The notes under the pieces: generated by a model
The model's database searches: none
Told to the model about the DNA's origin: nothing
Seen by the model: the letters and a program-made list of their open reading frames with translations, nothing else
Program-made: the position numbers and the translations under genes
NCBI RefSeq assembly: GCF_000150275.1
Contig: NW_002060954.1
Span: forward strand, 1,736,001-1,800,000
DNA from: Trichoplax adhaerens
Taxonomy: Eukaryota > Animalia > Placozoa
Length of the DNA: 64,000 nucleotides
Direction of reading: 5' to 3'
Shown: positions 1-14,147 of the stretch, in pieces
Position numbering within the stretch: position 1 is the stretch's first letter
Layout: each line of letters begins with the position of its first letter

Positions 1-596
1 TATAAAAACTATTCGTATGGATCAAGATCTCGTTTATCTGACAGTTTATATCAAAAAAAGTAAAAAATTCTTTCAATTTCAATAGACAGAAAATTGCTGA
101 GTAGTAGATGTCGTTAAATTTAGGTCAAAATAAAATATTTATTTATGGTAAAGGAAGTTACTTATATGGGTTATAAAACTATAATCCTATTATGAGAACC
201 TATGTCAAATTTTAAAAACCATTTCAGTCGGTAAAGGAAATTATTTACTTACAAGTCTCTATTACCTGCAGTATATCAAGAGAATTAAAATTGTTTGTCT
301 ATAATATAGTATATCGAAAGAGTTCATGTTGATACAGTACATATCAAATATCACTACATATTCGAAACTATAAACCGTGATTTGATTCAAATCACGACTA
401 AGATTGAAGCAGCTAGGAATTGCTTACTCAATTTTTAAATCTTCAGTGCCTTTGAAGTATTTCAACGCTTGTGAAGTAGATAATAAAGATTAGAATTTTA
501 GAAAATTGTTTTATGTACGGTACTTTTATACGACGCTACTAGCTGCTATATTAACAGTAAATTAAGAAGCGTATTATTTTATTCCATTTCTGCCAT

Positions 597-3462
597 ATGG
601 ACAATTATTATCGAATGTCAGATCCTAAAGACGAATTTATCGTAAAGAATATCCAGATTTCCATGTTATCAAGAAAGAAAAAGGGATCTAAAACGCGGAC
701 TGTCCTTAAGACGTTGAAGGTCATGGATAATGCTTCTCTTGTTAATCAACAAGCTACTGCACGTTATCAAAAAATTCGAGAGCTATGTATAGGCAATGAG
801 GTATGGAAAGTTGTAAAGAATAAATTACATTTTTTATTCTACGTATGCTTCTCGCTTTGATCTAAAATGTGGGGCAAAATGTTATCATTTTATTATGGTG
901 TCATTTTACTATGCAATTCTTAATATTTTATGTATATCTCATCATGTTTTAGAATCTGCCAGCTAAATCGAGTGGTCATCATCTGAAATGTTATTACTTT
1001 TATCCGTCATCGAAGACAAGATTTATGCCATATGCTATAGAAGAAATGAGCCGTGATCCTCTAATTATTCTGTACCATAATCTAACTAGTAATGCTGAAA
1101 TGGAGTCTCTAAAGGCACTAGCAGCGAAACAGGTAATTAATTAAATTTATAATACTGTAAGTCATACATAGTTGTACAGAAATAGTTATTATGATCATAA
1201 GCTTTGGGCTACGCATAGTTATTTTCACATGATAATTATTTATTCTGCGATGAGTTTGAGATAGAACACTTAGGTTATGATTGGAGATATATTGTGTGAT
1301 ATATACATATATATAAGCCAATAGCAGGATATCCTGTAGCCTAATTCATTTAGCTATATATATATCTAATTGATTAAGATCATTCTTTGTGAATTCTATA
1401 TCGTGACTGGATATCCGTATTTTTAATACGATAGCTCCAACCAGCTGGTGTATATCACACAACTTCAGCGGATAACCGGAATCTAGAAGGCTATACAAGA
1501 ATTGCTAAAATGTAAGTTTAGGGTAAATTTCCTACATTCGTACTTTAGAAGACGACATATTTATTGTAAGACTGGAACTTTTCCTATATCTTGTCGTTTT
1601 TCATACATGTACGGTAATTTCATAAAATTTCATGCTTATTATATCTATCTGTCGATTTTGTTATGGCCAGAAATATTACGAGAATAAGTTAGATAGGCCA
1701 TGTATAAATTTCTGTGGTATTTATAGGTAGTGACTAAATTAGATAAAGTGTAATTCATTTACTGAAATATATATACTCTGATGAAAAATTTATACTATCA
1801 TGACAAGGGCTTTTATTTTGGACGAAGAAAGTGCTGTCGCATCTGCAATTACTCAACGTTTGCAAGATGTAACAGGACTAAATATGAACTTTTCCGAACC
1901 ATTGCAAGTAAGAGAATATAATGCTGAAATTGTAATAGATTTTAAATGTTTCTAATATCAAGAATGAAATCAAAATAAATTAGGTTATTAATTATGGAAT
2001 AGCTGGCCAATATACACCTCACTATGATACCTTTCCAGCTAAGGTATACATGTTTCACCCTTATAATAAAACTACAATTATTTCATAATCATGGCCTTTT
2101 ATCTTCAAGATATGAATGTAAAACCTGTTAATATGAGTACGACTTAAAATTCTGAGTATATTTATGAGTTTACTGCTTATCAAAGATTCTTAGAAGAGTA
2201 GAAAAAAGGTGTAACATGCGGATAATCATCTAAAAATAGATAACATTTAGGAGTAACCTGAATAGTATTCGCCATTCATTTATGACTGCTTACGCATTCG
2301 AGGTCGATAAATAGTATCTATATATATTTTTAAGAATTTTTACACTTTGAAGGCTATTTAGCGATAGGCTATCTGTTGGATTTTTTGCCTTTGTTACAGT
2401 AGTAGTAAATCGATCTTCTTGTTATCATTTCTCAGTCTGGCGATAGATCGCACCCTAGCCATGATCGATTAGCAACGGCGATCCTTTATGTAAGTTCATC
2501 ACCCAAAGAAACAAATGCATGCTCTTACAATGTTTCATTAGCATATTGATACGGATAAAATGTTCAAATGCAATGATATTTAACTGTTTTGTATTAAATT
2601 GTCTTTAGCTAAGCGACGTGGAACGTGGCGGAGCCACTGTATTTACTAATATTAACGTTAGAGTACTGCCACGCAAGGTTAAAATAAACTCTAAAGTTAC
2701 AAAAATTATATGCAAATTTTAAAGATTAGAATGATTGTCATAAAATCTGTTTATAAATATTTAGCTAATTCGGTAGCGGATGGATATAAATTGATAAGAT
2801 TTGTTATCCTTCTTTAAACTTCAAATGTTACTCTAACAGTCGGTTCTTCGTATATTAGAATAATCTCTCATTTAGAGTGATACATTCCGATTAATCCTTG
2901 GCTTGTAATTTTAATTCTTTATGCAGTATATCTATATTAATTTATTAATGATCATGTTACTTTAGGGTAATGTCATCATATGGTATAATTATTTGCCAGA
3001 TGGAAATTTACATCCTGGAACTCTTCATGCTGGTTGCCCTGTATTAGTCGGGTCGAAATGGAGTGAGTTATGAATAAATAAGCTGTTCTGTTATCAGTAA
3101 TGTAGATTTTCTGTTTGATATCCTACTCGATCTTGTTTACTGTAATATAGTATTCATTACAGCTTAGTAAGTCGACCATGCTATATTAAATACGAAGTGT
3201 CTACGATTATTTAGCAAGAGTCTGACTCTTAGCTATAAACCTGAGCCTGGAAAAATGATTATGTTTCTAATATGATACTTTCACTAAATTAATATTTACG
3301 AGTATAATTTTTGCGTTTGACAAATGATGAAAAAGAATAAATTTATTTTTCGATAGCTATCACTGAATTATCGATTAAGTTTAAGTTATATCACTTGCAG
3401 TTGCCAATAAGTGGATCCAAAGTAAAGGTCAGATGCTGCAGTCGCCTCGTAATGGTGGTTAA
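597..3462 (+). CDS. P4HA: Prolyl 4-hydroxylase alpha subunit (multi-exon; 5' part probably upstream of or at the window edge)
   Basis: Spliced exons read by eye: 953-1132 (LKCYY...EEMSRDPLIILYHN), ~1808-1907 (ITQRLQDVTGL..SEPLQ), ~1984-2043 (VINYGIAGQYTPHYD, HxD iron ligands), ~2436 (DRLATAILY), ~2609 (LSDVERGGATVF), ~2966 (WYN...TLHAGCPVLVGSKW), 3401-3462 (ANKWI...stop). These are the diagnostic collagen P4H motifs. The start coordinate is approximate. Confidence 0.92.
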
Positions 3463-4416
3463 AGATATGTTTTACTTTCTTTAAAGAACGACAGCCAATA
3501 ATGTTGCGGTAAACCTTTCAAGCAAATATTACCTAATCTGTAAAGATTCTCTGATAAGATACTGCACGCATGAATAACTAGAATATTAAATAAAATTTAA
3601 AGAAGGCCGCTAGTTCTGAGCTTATTAGCTAGCATTTCATTGTAAGAGTGCTATCGATTGGTTATTAAAATTGCTTGATATCAATTCGCAATACGGTAGC
3701 AATAAATGATTATGGAAATAAGACTCACAAGCGACGGAATTGTCCTTTAATAAAATTTCCAAAAAGTTCAACTTGCATTCGAACTGCAATATTATAGTAC
3801 CTACTGTGTGTAGTATAATAAATGAACACTACTGCAATGATGTGTCCATACTGATTAATTATTTTTTATTGGCATATTTATACTACTTACATAATGTATT
3901 AATAATTTGCTAGTTAGCAAATTTTAGCCAGAATATACTAGCAGAGATTTAATAGATATTAATAAGTAGATGAAAAATTACGATACTTCATTTTGAATAT
4001 AGATATAATAGCCCCAAAGTATAAAAATAGAAACAATTTACAGTGCGTTGATGCTATCTCAGTTAATATTCTGAAATGTAGTTCAACTGTGGCAATTACA
4101 CATCGGGTAAAAGCATCGAACAGCGAGGAGTATAGTATATTACGATGATACTTTCGTGCTCAAAGAACTCTTCGATAAAATTTCATTTTGAATAACAAAG
4201 CATTACAATCTTCACCATATGGATTATTACATACAGCAAATATCATCTGATCTGAATTATTACCATAATATTTAACAAAATTATAAATTTTAAATACATT
4301 AAATTAAAGCTTTACGTAGTAGTTTCTTAATAATATTCACAATCATAAAGAAATTCCTAATATTCTACTACAAGGTAAGTAAAATTTACAATAAAATGAA
4401 TTTAGGCAACATATTC

Positions 4417-7400
4417 TTAATGAATCGTTACAAATACTCTCTTATAATATAAATAAAATGCAATTAAAAGCCATAATGAAGTAGCCATTAAATCTCGAAA
4501 GAGTTGTTCAGAATGAGTATTATTTGTTAGCCAATAGAAAGGAAAGTAATTACGCAGAACAATATGACCACAGTAGAGGACAATCGAATTAAATCCTAGA
4601 TAAACCATTAATAAAGAGGAAAAAGCTTAAAATTACTTCTAAAAACTTTCAGAGTGCGATTACTGAATCATAGTTTTTGCTTGCAAATCTTTCTAACCTC
4701 CATAAATGATTGGATTTCCATGCCACCAAGACATGACATCAATCAGAAGATATAACATCATGAGAACAAAGTATGCTAATCCACCAAGTAACGTGATATA
4801 GGATAACGACCTAAATTTTAAGCATATGAATAGTACTTAGTACTACATAAAGCTCTGTATCACAACTGTAGAATAATATAGAGTTATTTATTCATGATTT
4901 TAAATATCGCTACTGCTGATTTGAAATATCTTACCATAAGTTCCGATTAAGCGGAATAAATCCCATATTTTGTTTCCCTCCGCAAAGAGCAACACCTGTG
5001 GCTACCTGGATGAATTTGTACAGAAATTAAATGCATAATTAAAAGATAAACCGGAAGTAAAATGAGATATTGCTTTTAATAACTATTAAATCTAAGATTT
5101 AATAATCAAATGCTGTACCCATAACACGCCCCAAAATAGCCATCTCTTAAATCGTTCTTTATGACCTTTGTTGTATGTGGTTATGATTAAGCCGGCCTAT
5201 TTTGTTGATAAAATAGGATAATAGTGCGGTACAAAGAAAGTGTATTATGTTATCCATTTTACAGCTTTTATTAAATGAACACAGTATACTGTAAATATAA
5301 GGATCGAAAACGAACAATAATGCGAACCTGAAGACCCATAAAGCAAGTTAAAATTGACGTTAGTGTACTCAGACATCCTTCTGAATCAAACGGCATGTGC
5401 GTTCGATAAAGGACCTTGCATGATGGATTTGCGTCTAGGTGGTTACCAAATATAAAACGATCAATGTAACCTGTCGCACCACCAGTACAATTATAGTGAT
5501 TGGCGTCATCAGAAAGTCCACCGGGTCCAAAGTATCCGCTTTAGTAATACGAGTATATGAATTTTTAGCATCAGAATATTAATAATTCGTTAAACTACGC
5601 AACACATCATATGAAAAGTTGATAAATTAATTAGCATGAAATCCGTTAAAGAATCTCTATAAATTAACAATCAATCTAGTTAGCCACGTACGTTGGGCAA
5701 CCTGGAACAGGGAGAGCAAAAATTAATGATAAATAAATAGATAATAGTCCAATCATGCCAATCCAGATTTTCCATATACAAACTATCTCTCGAATGGCTC
5801 GTAAATTCTAAAAATTACCAAATATTAACATATATTAATAAAATAGTAACAAATCTTTGTTAAAGATAATATTATGATCGTTTTATACTTACAGTTATGG
5901 TATCGGGAGGCTTAGCCAAATAGAGAACTGATAGAGACACTACTATGTAAGAAATAGCAACTTTTTGTAAATTACCAGGGATTCTCCACGTAGATAGATT
6001 TACGCCGTCGTTCAAAAATAATCCAATAAGGAATAAAATAACCGATCTACTGAGAACTTTAAGTACTGCAGATGAAGGAGGCAATCTACTGGCTGTAATA
6101 TAGCGATGATTATAGAAGGATAAGGCAATACAAATACCAACAATGAATATAAACCAAGGCAAAATAAGATCAGCAAATGTTAAGCCATTCCAAGGAGTAG
6201 ATCTAAAATACCAGTAACCTCCACCACCAGAATTAACGAAAATCATAATTGTAATACAAAGTCTTCAGAGAGAAATGATTTTAATGATTAGACGTCCAAC
6301 AAAATTAAAAAAATCTAGAGATTTTCTTTACTAATTTATTTACCCCCTAAAAGCATCGACGGCATAAATTCTTTGAGCCAGAGGGTGAATGGATTCTTCG
6401 CTAACGCGTGCTAATCTTCTGTCTATGTCATTAATATTCCCTAAATCTTCTGTAATTAAGCTCTCCGTTGAATGGTAAGCTGAACAACTACGATTTCTAT
6501 GAAATTCATATGAAGACGTAATGTTAGAATACTTTTATTGCTTTTAATCGATGTTGTCATTGTTTGAGATGAAACCGCTATGTTTTATTTCGATATTTAT
6601 TGTACTACTTTAATAGGTAACAGTATGCAAACTACAATTCGACACATTAAACCGTACATAATTGTATTTTAAGTTATACCTATAGAGATAGTATATTAAT
6701 TGCCAGAGTAATAAAGCAACGGCTAGAATAACTGCTCCAATGATAATTGGAAGCTGAGAGTAGTAAGAATCATGAATAGAATAGATGTTACATGAGCTGT
6801 TTCCGTTAGATCCATTTTGAAATATCACCATCACGTAAAGTCCATTTTTAACGTACTGGAATTGCTTACTAAAAATGAAAGAAAAAAGGAGACTCTAAGG
6901 TGATGGGGCACTTCTTTTCGACGATTAAACGATAAATTTCTTTGTAATTGCATCCTTTTCAATTAAAGTCTATTCACCATACTCTTTACCATTACTTAGC
7001 AATATGCAATCGGTTACAAAATATTTGATATTAAATTTGAAAAGAGTTGTCATTTATACTGTGGCACTACAGTACAGTATAATTAATTACTTTCTTCAAT
7101 ACACCACTACAGACAGTAACGAATAACATAGTATAACGTACATACCTGCAAATTACACTTTTATCCGTGGTATTGATGGCGGTTATCAAATAAGGAAAGT
7201 TAGTATCAATATAAACTGTCGTATTATGTTTATATTGAAGATTGGCGATGTTTTCTTCTTTACAGTTATAACATTCCGCCGATTTACCGTATAAAGCAAC
7301 TTTACTGGGTAAGGTAGAATGGAGTGAAACATGTGCAAAATCAATAGAATCATTATAGCTCATTCCAAATCGTGATTGGAATGGAAAACTGTTCATCATT

Positions 7401-9596
7401 GACCAGAGGTCAGTTGTAAAAATAGCAATTTGTGGATTATCAGCATCGCCATAGACCAGAATTAATGACTTTGTGCGAAAGGAAAGGCCTATTATGCCAG
7501 TGCTTGCTCCATTTTCAAGATTGATGGTTACATTCCAAACCATATCACCTAATTGAAGAACAAAAATTGAAACGGTTGAGACATTTAAAATTGCTAGTAA
7601 CATATAAGCTGACAGCAGGTTCAATATTGCTAATAGTAAATGAGTCACTACAATTTATGTTATCAGTTTTTTTAAGTTACAATAGAGATTGATCCATATC
7701 TACAGTTGTGACTTTATTACATCATAATGGAAGCAATTACTGTGAGCAATTATTGTATTGATTAATTATATTATTATGGCTTATAACTTAATAGGTCAAT
7801 ACGAGTAGATACTATAGTATATCCTTTTCAATCAGATAGCAGGATAAGGTTTGTTATTGTATTTTATGCTTAAAGATACTGGAGTACATTTTATGTGAGA
7901 GTATTGTAAGTTAGCCATAATAGCTGAGTAATAGGTAAGAAAGGTTGATAGAGCAACCAAAAGTAGCGTTTGCACTTGCTAGCAGTCCATCCGAAACTAA
8001 TTAATTAATTGATCAATTCATTAATTGAAATTGCTACCTTTTGCATATACATTTTAATGGTAGATAAAATTTATTTACACCTGTATTACTATAAATTAAC
8101 GTAACTGCTATACTAGATCGGTAACAAGTGCATAAACTAGTAGAAAGCCTATTAAAAAAAGTTTCAATTCAGTAGTTTATGACCATAAGTTTTAATTTGT
8201 CTGATGAACGAGTACATTACATTACATTATATAATAGTGTTAATTTTCTCTATAATCAAACACCAGTTGAATATATAATTATTGAGTGGTAAACGCTTGA
8301 TAGATATACAGTACAGAGTACAATACCATTTTTGGATATTTGATAATACTATTTTGATATTTTGAAAATTTTTTCTATCTTATTTGCTATGTTATGACTG
8401 TGTTTTGCGGTCGAAAAATGAATCATACTTAAGCATTTTATTATCGTTGGCATCCGGCAGTCGATGCTACTGGCTATAAATTTACAAATATGTCAAAGGA
8501 TTCGACCGTAAATCTCTATAACAATGATCTATACTCCTCGCAAAATGATGATGCTATTATGGTAGAACTTGATAACATTGTGACCTATCTGTACTCTACT
8601 TTAACCAACGGAATTGTGATATAGTGTACGTGTGTGATGATATCTGGAGTAGCTAGCATAGACTACATACGCGTATAGTACATTAGTAATGGAAAAGATC
8701 TAGGGTAATCAATCATGTGTTGGCAGCTTTGAAATGTCTAGAGATGATAATTAAGTAAACATTGCTTTAGTCCAAATCTTTTGTCAATCATTACCTGGAA
8801 TAATCCAGTCATCAACCCCATCTCCAGGATTTACATGGCCTTTTTTGAAGCAATGATTGCTTTGGAAAGATGTATTGAAACCAATTTGAGGGTATAAATA
8901 ATTTCCAATTTCGATATTGATGTCGGGCGATGTACACTTGACATTATCATCCACTGTTGAAGTTGTTTATATACGCGTAATACGTGTATTTTAGTTTAGT
9001 TTATAAGGAATAGAAAAGAAGATTTGAATTATTATTTTAAAGCAAGAAAGAATACTAATACTAATTTTGAAGTCATTTTGAGAAAGAATTCGTACTATGA
9101 CAACGGCCATTACTGCTAAAATAAACGGATAGTTTAAACTTGAAATTTTTCTTCACTACAACTACGGTCAAGTGTGCCTAATGCGTAGAGCCTTAGCTGA
9201 ACTGATTGCATAGTTCAATACAGTAAACATGACCTAATGGAGTACAAAAGAAAAAGTGTAAAATCAAGTTTCAACTGGGAAATACTTTATTTTCTAGCAA
9301 TCGATCCTCTATGTATTACTGCTTTTCCTTTGTAAACTGATGATATTGTAGATTTTAACTTACTAAAGTACATATAATATGATTGAATGACAGTGACAGA
9401 GGAAAATTCTTCCGGCATCGTAGTCCGTTTGACTCTATTCGCCCTTCTCACGTCATGCAGTCGAAGCTCATTTCATGACGGTCAATAGTACTTCAAAGTT
9501 AGACTTACCATTAGAATTTTGCGGATGGAGAAGTTGCTGGCAATAGCAAGAAAGGATACAGTGAAGAATGAAGAAAACGACGTCCGTTTTCAACAT
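4417..9596 (-). CDS. HGSNAT: Heparan-alpha-glucosaminide N-acetyltransferase (TMEM76-like), multi-exon
   Basis: Exon 1 9596-9509 encodes a signal peptide MLKTDVVFFILHCILSCYCQ with donor G|GTAAGT; exon 2 8953-8795; exon 3 from 7548 includes SAECYNC. Later exons give RIYAVDAFRG, MIFVNSGGGGYWYF, WNGLTFADLILPWFIFIVG, RIPGNLQ, PGCPTGYFGPGG, FDSEGCLSTLTS, LWSLSY, GFNSIVLYCGH. Confidence 0.9.
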
Positions 9597-9715
9597 ATCG
9601 AAGACATTGGTCGATTTGAAAACAGTCCAAGTTGGATGCAAAAGTATGAGTATGAGGAATGTGGGCCAGTCCTGTCGTCGTTTTCAAAACAAAAACAAAC
9701 TTTTTGAAAATGGAG

Positions 9716-10090
9716 TTTGTACTGTACACGCCGCTGTACTGTAGTACAGTACATTGTGCCACCACAGACTATCATGGACTACTATAGGATAAGTACAGTA
9801 CTAACGTGGCCACACTAGGGTCTCCAGTTGTTGCTGACTGAACGGTAGACGGTTCAAAGTCTATAGGCCGTGTTGCCGGTGTTATACACCTCTAGTCTAG
9901 GAACACTGTACTGTACAGTACATGTATATAAAGTAAAGTATACAGTACAGTACAGTAACTACGCAGCTGCAATGAAAAATATGCATAAATTACAGTACCG
10001 TACTGTACTGTACTGTACTGTACAGTACTGTACTGTACACTGCACAGCAGTTGACGGATTCTCCATACTGTACACTGTACACTGTACAAT
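9716..10090. repeat. (TACTG/CAGTA)n pentamer-rich low-complexity tract in the divergent HGSNAT/TAF1A promoter
   Basis: For example tactgtactgtactgtactgtacagtactgtactgtacac at 10001-10040, plus many TACAGTA/TACTGTA copies on both strands. Confidence 0.8.
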
Positions 10091-10216
10091 TGGGTACTCA
10101 GATCAAATATTCCCAAATGGTTTACCTTCACATCCAGTTGTCCTTGCTTTTGCCTATTACCATGGAATCTGCAACTTGATCTTAGGTAGAATATTCCAAG
10201 ACTGCGTAACGATATC

Positions 10217-13200
10217 ATGGCTTCAGCCAGTAGGAAAAGAAGTTGGAAAAATGCCAATGTACAGGCTGGTGATTACTGGAAAAAGAGCAAGCGAATGGCC
10301 GCTTTGGAACCGAACCATCCTTCTGTCAGTTCCTATATGTACTTTGGTGTCAATACAATATTTCGCCAAGTATGGCAGGAGATACTGCAGACCAATTTAA
10401 CATTCGGTTAGCGCTACGCCTGTACTTCCACTTGTTAATAGTCCACTACAGTAGATGATATAATACAACTGTTTCAAGTATTTCTAGTCAAATGCTAGCG
10501 GAAAATGGCAAATTTTACGCTCAAGTGTACTGCATAGTAGTCATCATCCATGATATCAATATAGTACATTGCTATCATCAAGTAAATAAAATCGAGGATA
10601 AAGCTCAATGATATCGATCAATACAACGTGTATGGGTACCATTATCCTGTATACTATGCTATCAATGTTTTTCAATAAATGATAAAATACTTAGCGTGGT
10701 CACTTTGCAACATGGACATAAAACAAAACTCACCTTCTTATTGATGATGTTAGATAATATGAAATCCATCGCCCGAAAACATCTCCATTATTTAGCTACT
10801 GCAATCTTGCATTGTCTACTTGCACACCGTTTAACTTTGGCCAAAGATATGATTAGTGTATTATGCAAAAAATTCGACACGGTTCCTGAATTAGTGTGGA
10901 AGGTAAGTTTCGTGCTACTTGTAACCATCAATTTTTACGCATCACTTCTCATGAATTATTATGCAATAAATCATGAATTATTCCAAGACATGCTCGATAT
11001 GATGCAGTCTTTCTTACAAGAATTAAACAGTATTCTAAAATGATATCAAATTATATTCTAATTTTATACTCGAAATAAAGTGTCGCGCTACGATAAATCT
11101 CGATGACCTGCAGTATTTTAGATATCAGATATACATGCATCTGCTTGTTGCACATATTAAATTTTCTCATGATGGAATTAAAACTATGCAACTGTAAATA
11201 CTGTACTGTAAAGTAAATGGTGAAAGACAATGTATGCAAAGTCTAATATATCAAATCTGAACTATAGTACTTATGTAGTGATAGAGCTCATACTGCATAT
11301 AGCTGAAAAGATGAGTGAAAGAATGAGAAAGCATACGTGTGCAATAATTAGAATTATCCAATGGAAGGCCTCCATGATTGCCTTTTACAGTGCTACATTC
11401 CTTAAAGACTGCTAGGATACCTTGATTTGCTTATTAATCTGTAATTTTACCTATGCAATCTGTATTACTTCCATAATCAGAATTATTTTATATTTCTATA
11501 GACAGGAATGGAAGTCTTGGATGATAATAATCCTTATTATGCAATGCGCTGTACAAGATTTCATAAAGCCGTTGGTGACCTTCTTCAGTACTACTTTGTA
11601 AGATTTGGACACAACTTCGCGTTTACATGTAAACTATTCTCTGACTCAATAATGTAGACAGGATTGATTGCGTTACAGTAAGACATAGCCATCAAGTTAT
11701 GTACGACCTTACTCAGAAAACTTGGCTGCCAATGTTTCAATACGTACCTCAATCAAATGTTGATGTTATCTATTAAACATTCAGTTCGATTGTAGGCATA
11801 CGAGTAAACCTCATGCTTAGCTGCTCTACTATATAACGTACACGTACACGGCAGATTGCTGATTGCTAGTTTTACTAGTGCTTCTATTTTGTATGATTGT
11901 GTAATGCAATCAGGTCTGCTCAGTGCTCACCAGAGTGCTGCTCACTGCCTGGCTTGTTAATCTATGAGCTAGCTCAGCTTAGTCAGACGGTGAACAAAAA
12001 ATAATAATATTCCATGAGTAGGATATTTAGTAATTTAGGCTTAGCATTGGTGGCTTTCTACAATTTATTAAGACTTAGTAAAATATATTTTATCGCTTAC
12101 ATAGTATGATATTGTAACAAATTTGCCATTAACATTGGTATTGGCAACTCTATTTCATCAAGTCTTACTAAAACTTTCTTTCTTTACTATACGATTGCAA
12201 AATAGCCAAGCGAATTGGTCATAGACTCTGTGTCCTACTATGTTAGGAAGCAGCGTTTGAATGAAGCTGAAAGCTTGATTATCAGGTCGCTTACATGTAT
12301 CCGATTTGTCTCGATTTTGTATTAGATCAACCTTAGAAGTTTAAATAATACACATTACATCATGATGTGCCTATTTGCAGTTTGATAAAATCATGTAATA
12401 GTACAATGGTTCTAGTTAATCATCAAAAGTTTCTAACTGGTTGTTAATACGCCATTTTACTCCATGAATCCGTTTAATTCAGTAAAGTAAACGTAAGTCC
12501 GTATATGAAGGAACCCTTACTTCTGGCCCAGGCTGGCTACTTTCAGTACATTCAATGGAAGAAACAAGTAGCAAATCAAAGTAAAATACAGCTACATTAC
12601 AATAAAAGGATACAATAACATCGCTTGATACGTATATGTTATTATCGCTGCTCCAATGGTTAATTATTTCATTATGAATCGAGATTGACTGTCTTTTTTT
12701 AATAGATAATGATGAGGTAGATAATTCAGATTCAGATGAAACTAGGGATTTAACCCACGAAGCTAGAATTGCTATCGACCATTTAAAAGGTTTGGTCGAG
12801 ACCGAAGGTGTATGGGATGTGCATATTGCGATCTGCGCGGAGGTTACTACGCTTTACTAATCCTATTTGAAACAGTACTGTTTAACCCGTTACATCTAGT
12901 GTATCCTCATTGTTACTTATGTTTAGTAATTAATTATTGTGACAGCTTTTAGCATACTTTAATGACAAAAAATCTGCTAAGAAGTTACTAAAGAAATATC
13001 TTCAATGTCAACCAACTAATACTAATGCCTACAGGTTTCATAAATTACTATAATCTTAAAGCCATTGAATCTTTAGCAGCTTTGCTACTAAAGGCAATAA
13101 CTTCATATAACATATATCTGCTACTGTTTAGATATTTGTATTACTTTCGAAAACGATATTACCCCAAAGAAGTCGTTAAAATTAGAAAAGTTCTCGCCGA

Positions 13201-14147
13201 ATTAGCTAAATTTAACCCCTGCGATATCATGTGCTTGGATATTATCAATTATTCTAATTTTAAAGGTAGGGCTGACTGATTAAATTTTAATGTGATAAAA
13301 ATAAAATTTCTTATCATCTTAGAATACTTGATAAAAAAGAGGTTTTTATTTTTATCACTCTAAGTTAAATCAAGCATCAAGGAAACATTATCAATCCTAT
13401 TCGATCATCTGGATTACCATTCGTGCGCGTTGAATATTCAGCCTTGGAAGCTGTTAACTACATTTCTCACTAAAGTTGATCTCAGGTAAAATTTAATATT
13501 TTTGTATCCTCTATTTGCTTAAATAATTAAATAATCCTCAAATGGCTAGCTATCGGTTATTATGATGTATAGATTCATAATAGTTTATCTAAATAGTAGG
13601 TGTGATGAATGTTTGAATTTAATCTGGGAGGAAAGAAAGCTGTGGTGGCCAGAGTATCATTTTTCTGAAGATAGCTTGGACAAGGTATTGCAGGAAATTA
13701 TTTGTATCTCAAGGATTTGAAATATAGAATAAGTTCGTTCTAATTGTCATTTAAATTTTAGATTGCTACACCGAGTAAAGATCCGGCGAAAGGTATACTT
13801 ATACTATAATAAAATACTGTAGAACGATAAAGATATTCTCGATGAATTGTAATAACTTACCGAACACTGAGTGGCAAAAGTAGTCATGACTATGATGTTG
13901 CAGATGTAATAATTGTCTACGGTAATGTAAAAAACTTAATTGAGAGATAACTCTTACTGGTGGACTATTTTTTGTAGAGGAGACAAACTTTCATGTTATT
14001 GCTTATAAAGCTGCCGTTGCCATCTGGATTCTTGGGTCAGATAATAAATATACTGCTCGCGTCTATTCAATTATGAAATTACGGAACCTTAAAGAACTAT
14101 CTTGCATGCTAGAAAAGTGTTTAGTATTGCACAGGGAGGATAACTAA
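10217..14147 (+). CDS. TAF1A: TATA-binding protein-associated factor RNA polymerase I subunit A (TAF1A/TAFI48)-like, multi-exon
   Basis: Exon peptides EGVWDVHI, PTNTNAYRYLYYF, LFDHLDYHSCALNIQPWKLL, IWEERKLWWPEYHFS and AYKAAVAIWILG resemble TAF1A as I recall it (PGVWDPF, PSNPNAHIYLY, LFGVLDFAGC..NITAWKYL, WNSRKNWWPGFHFS, KAFVAGLLLG). Stop TAA at 14145-14147. The start is tentative. Confidence 0.75.

Noticed and set aside
9870-10400. 176-aa, 121-aa and similar ORFs rich in YCTV/STVQY (also 26443-26712)
   Set aside because: Translations of the TACAG pentamer repeats with no protein-like features.
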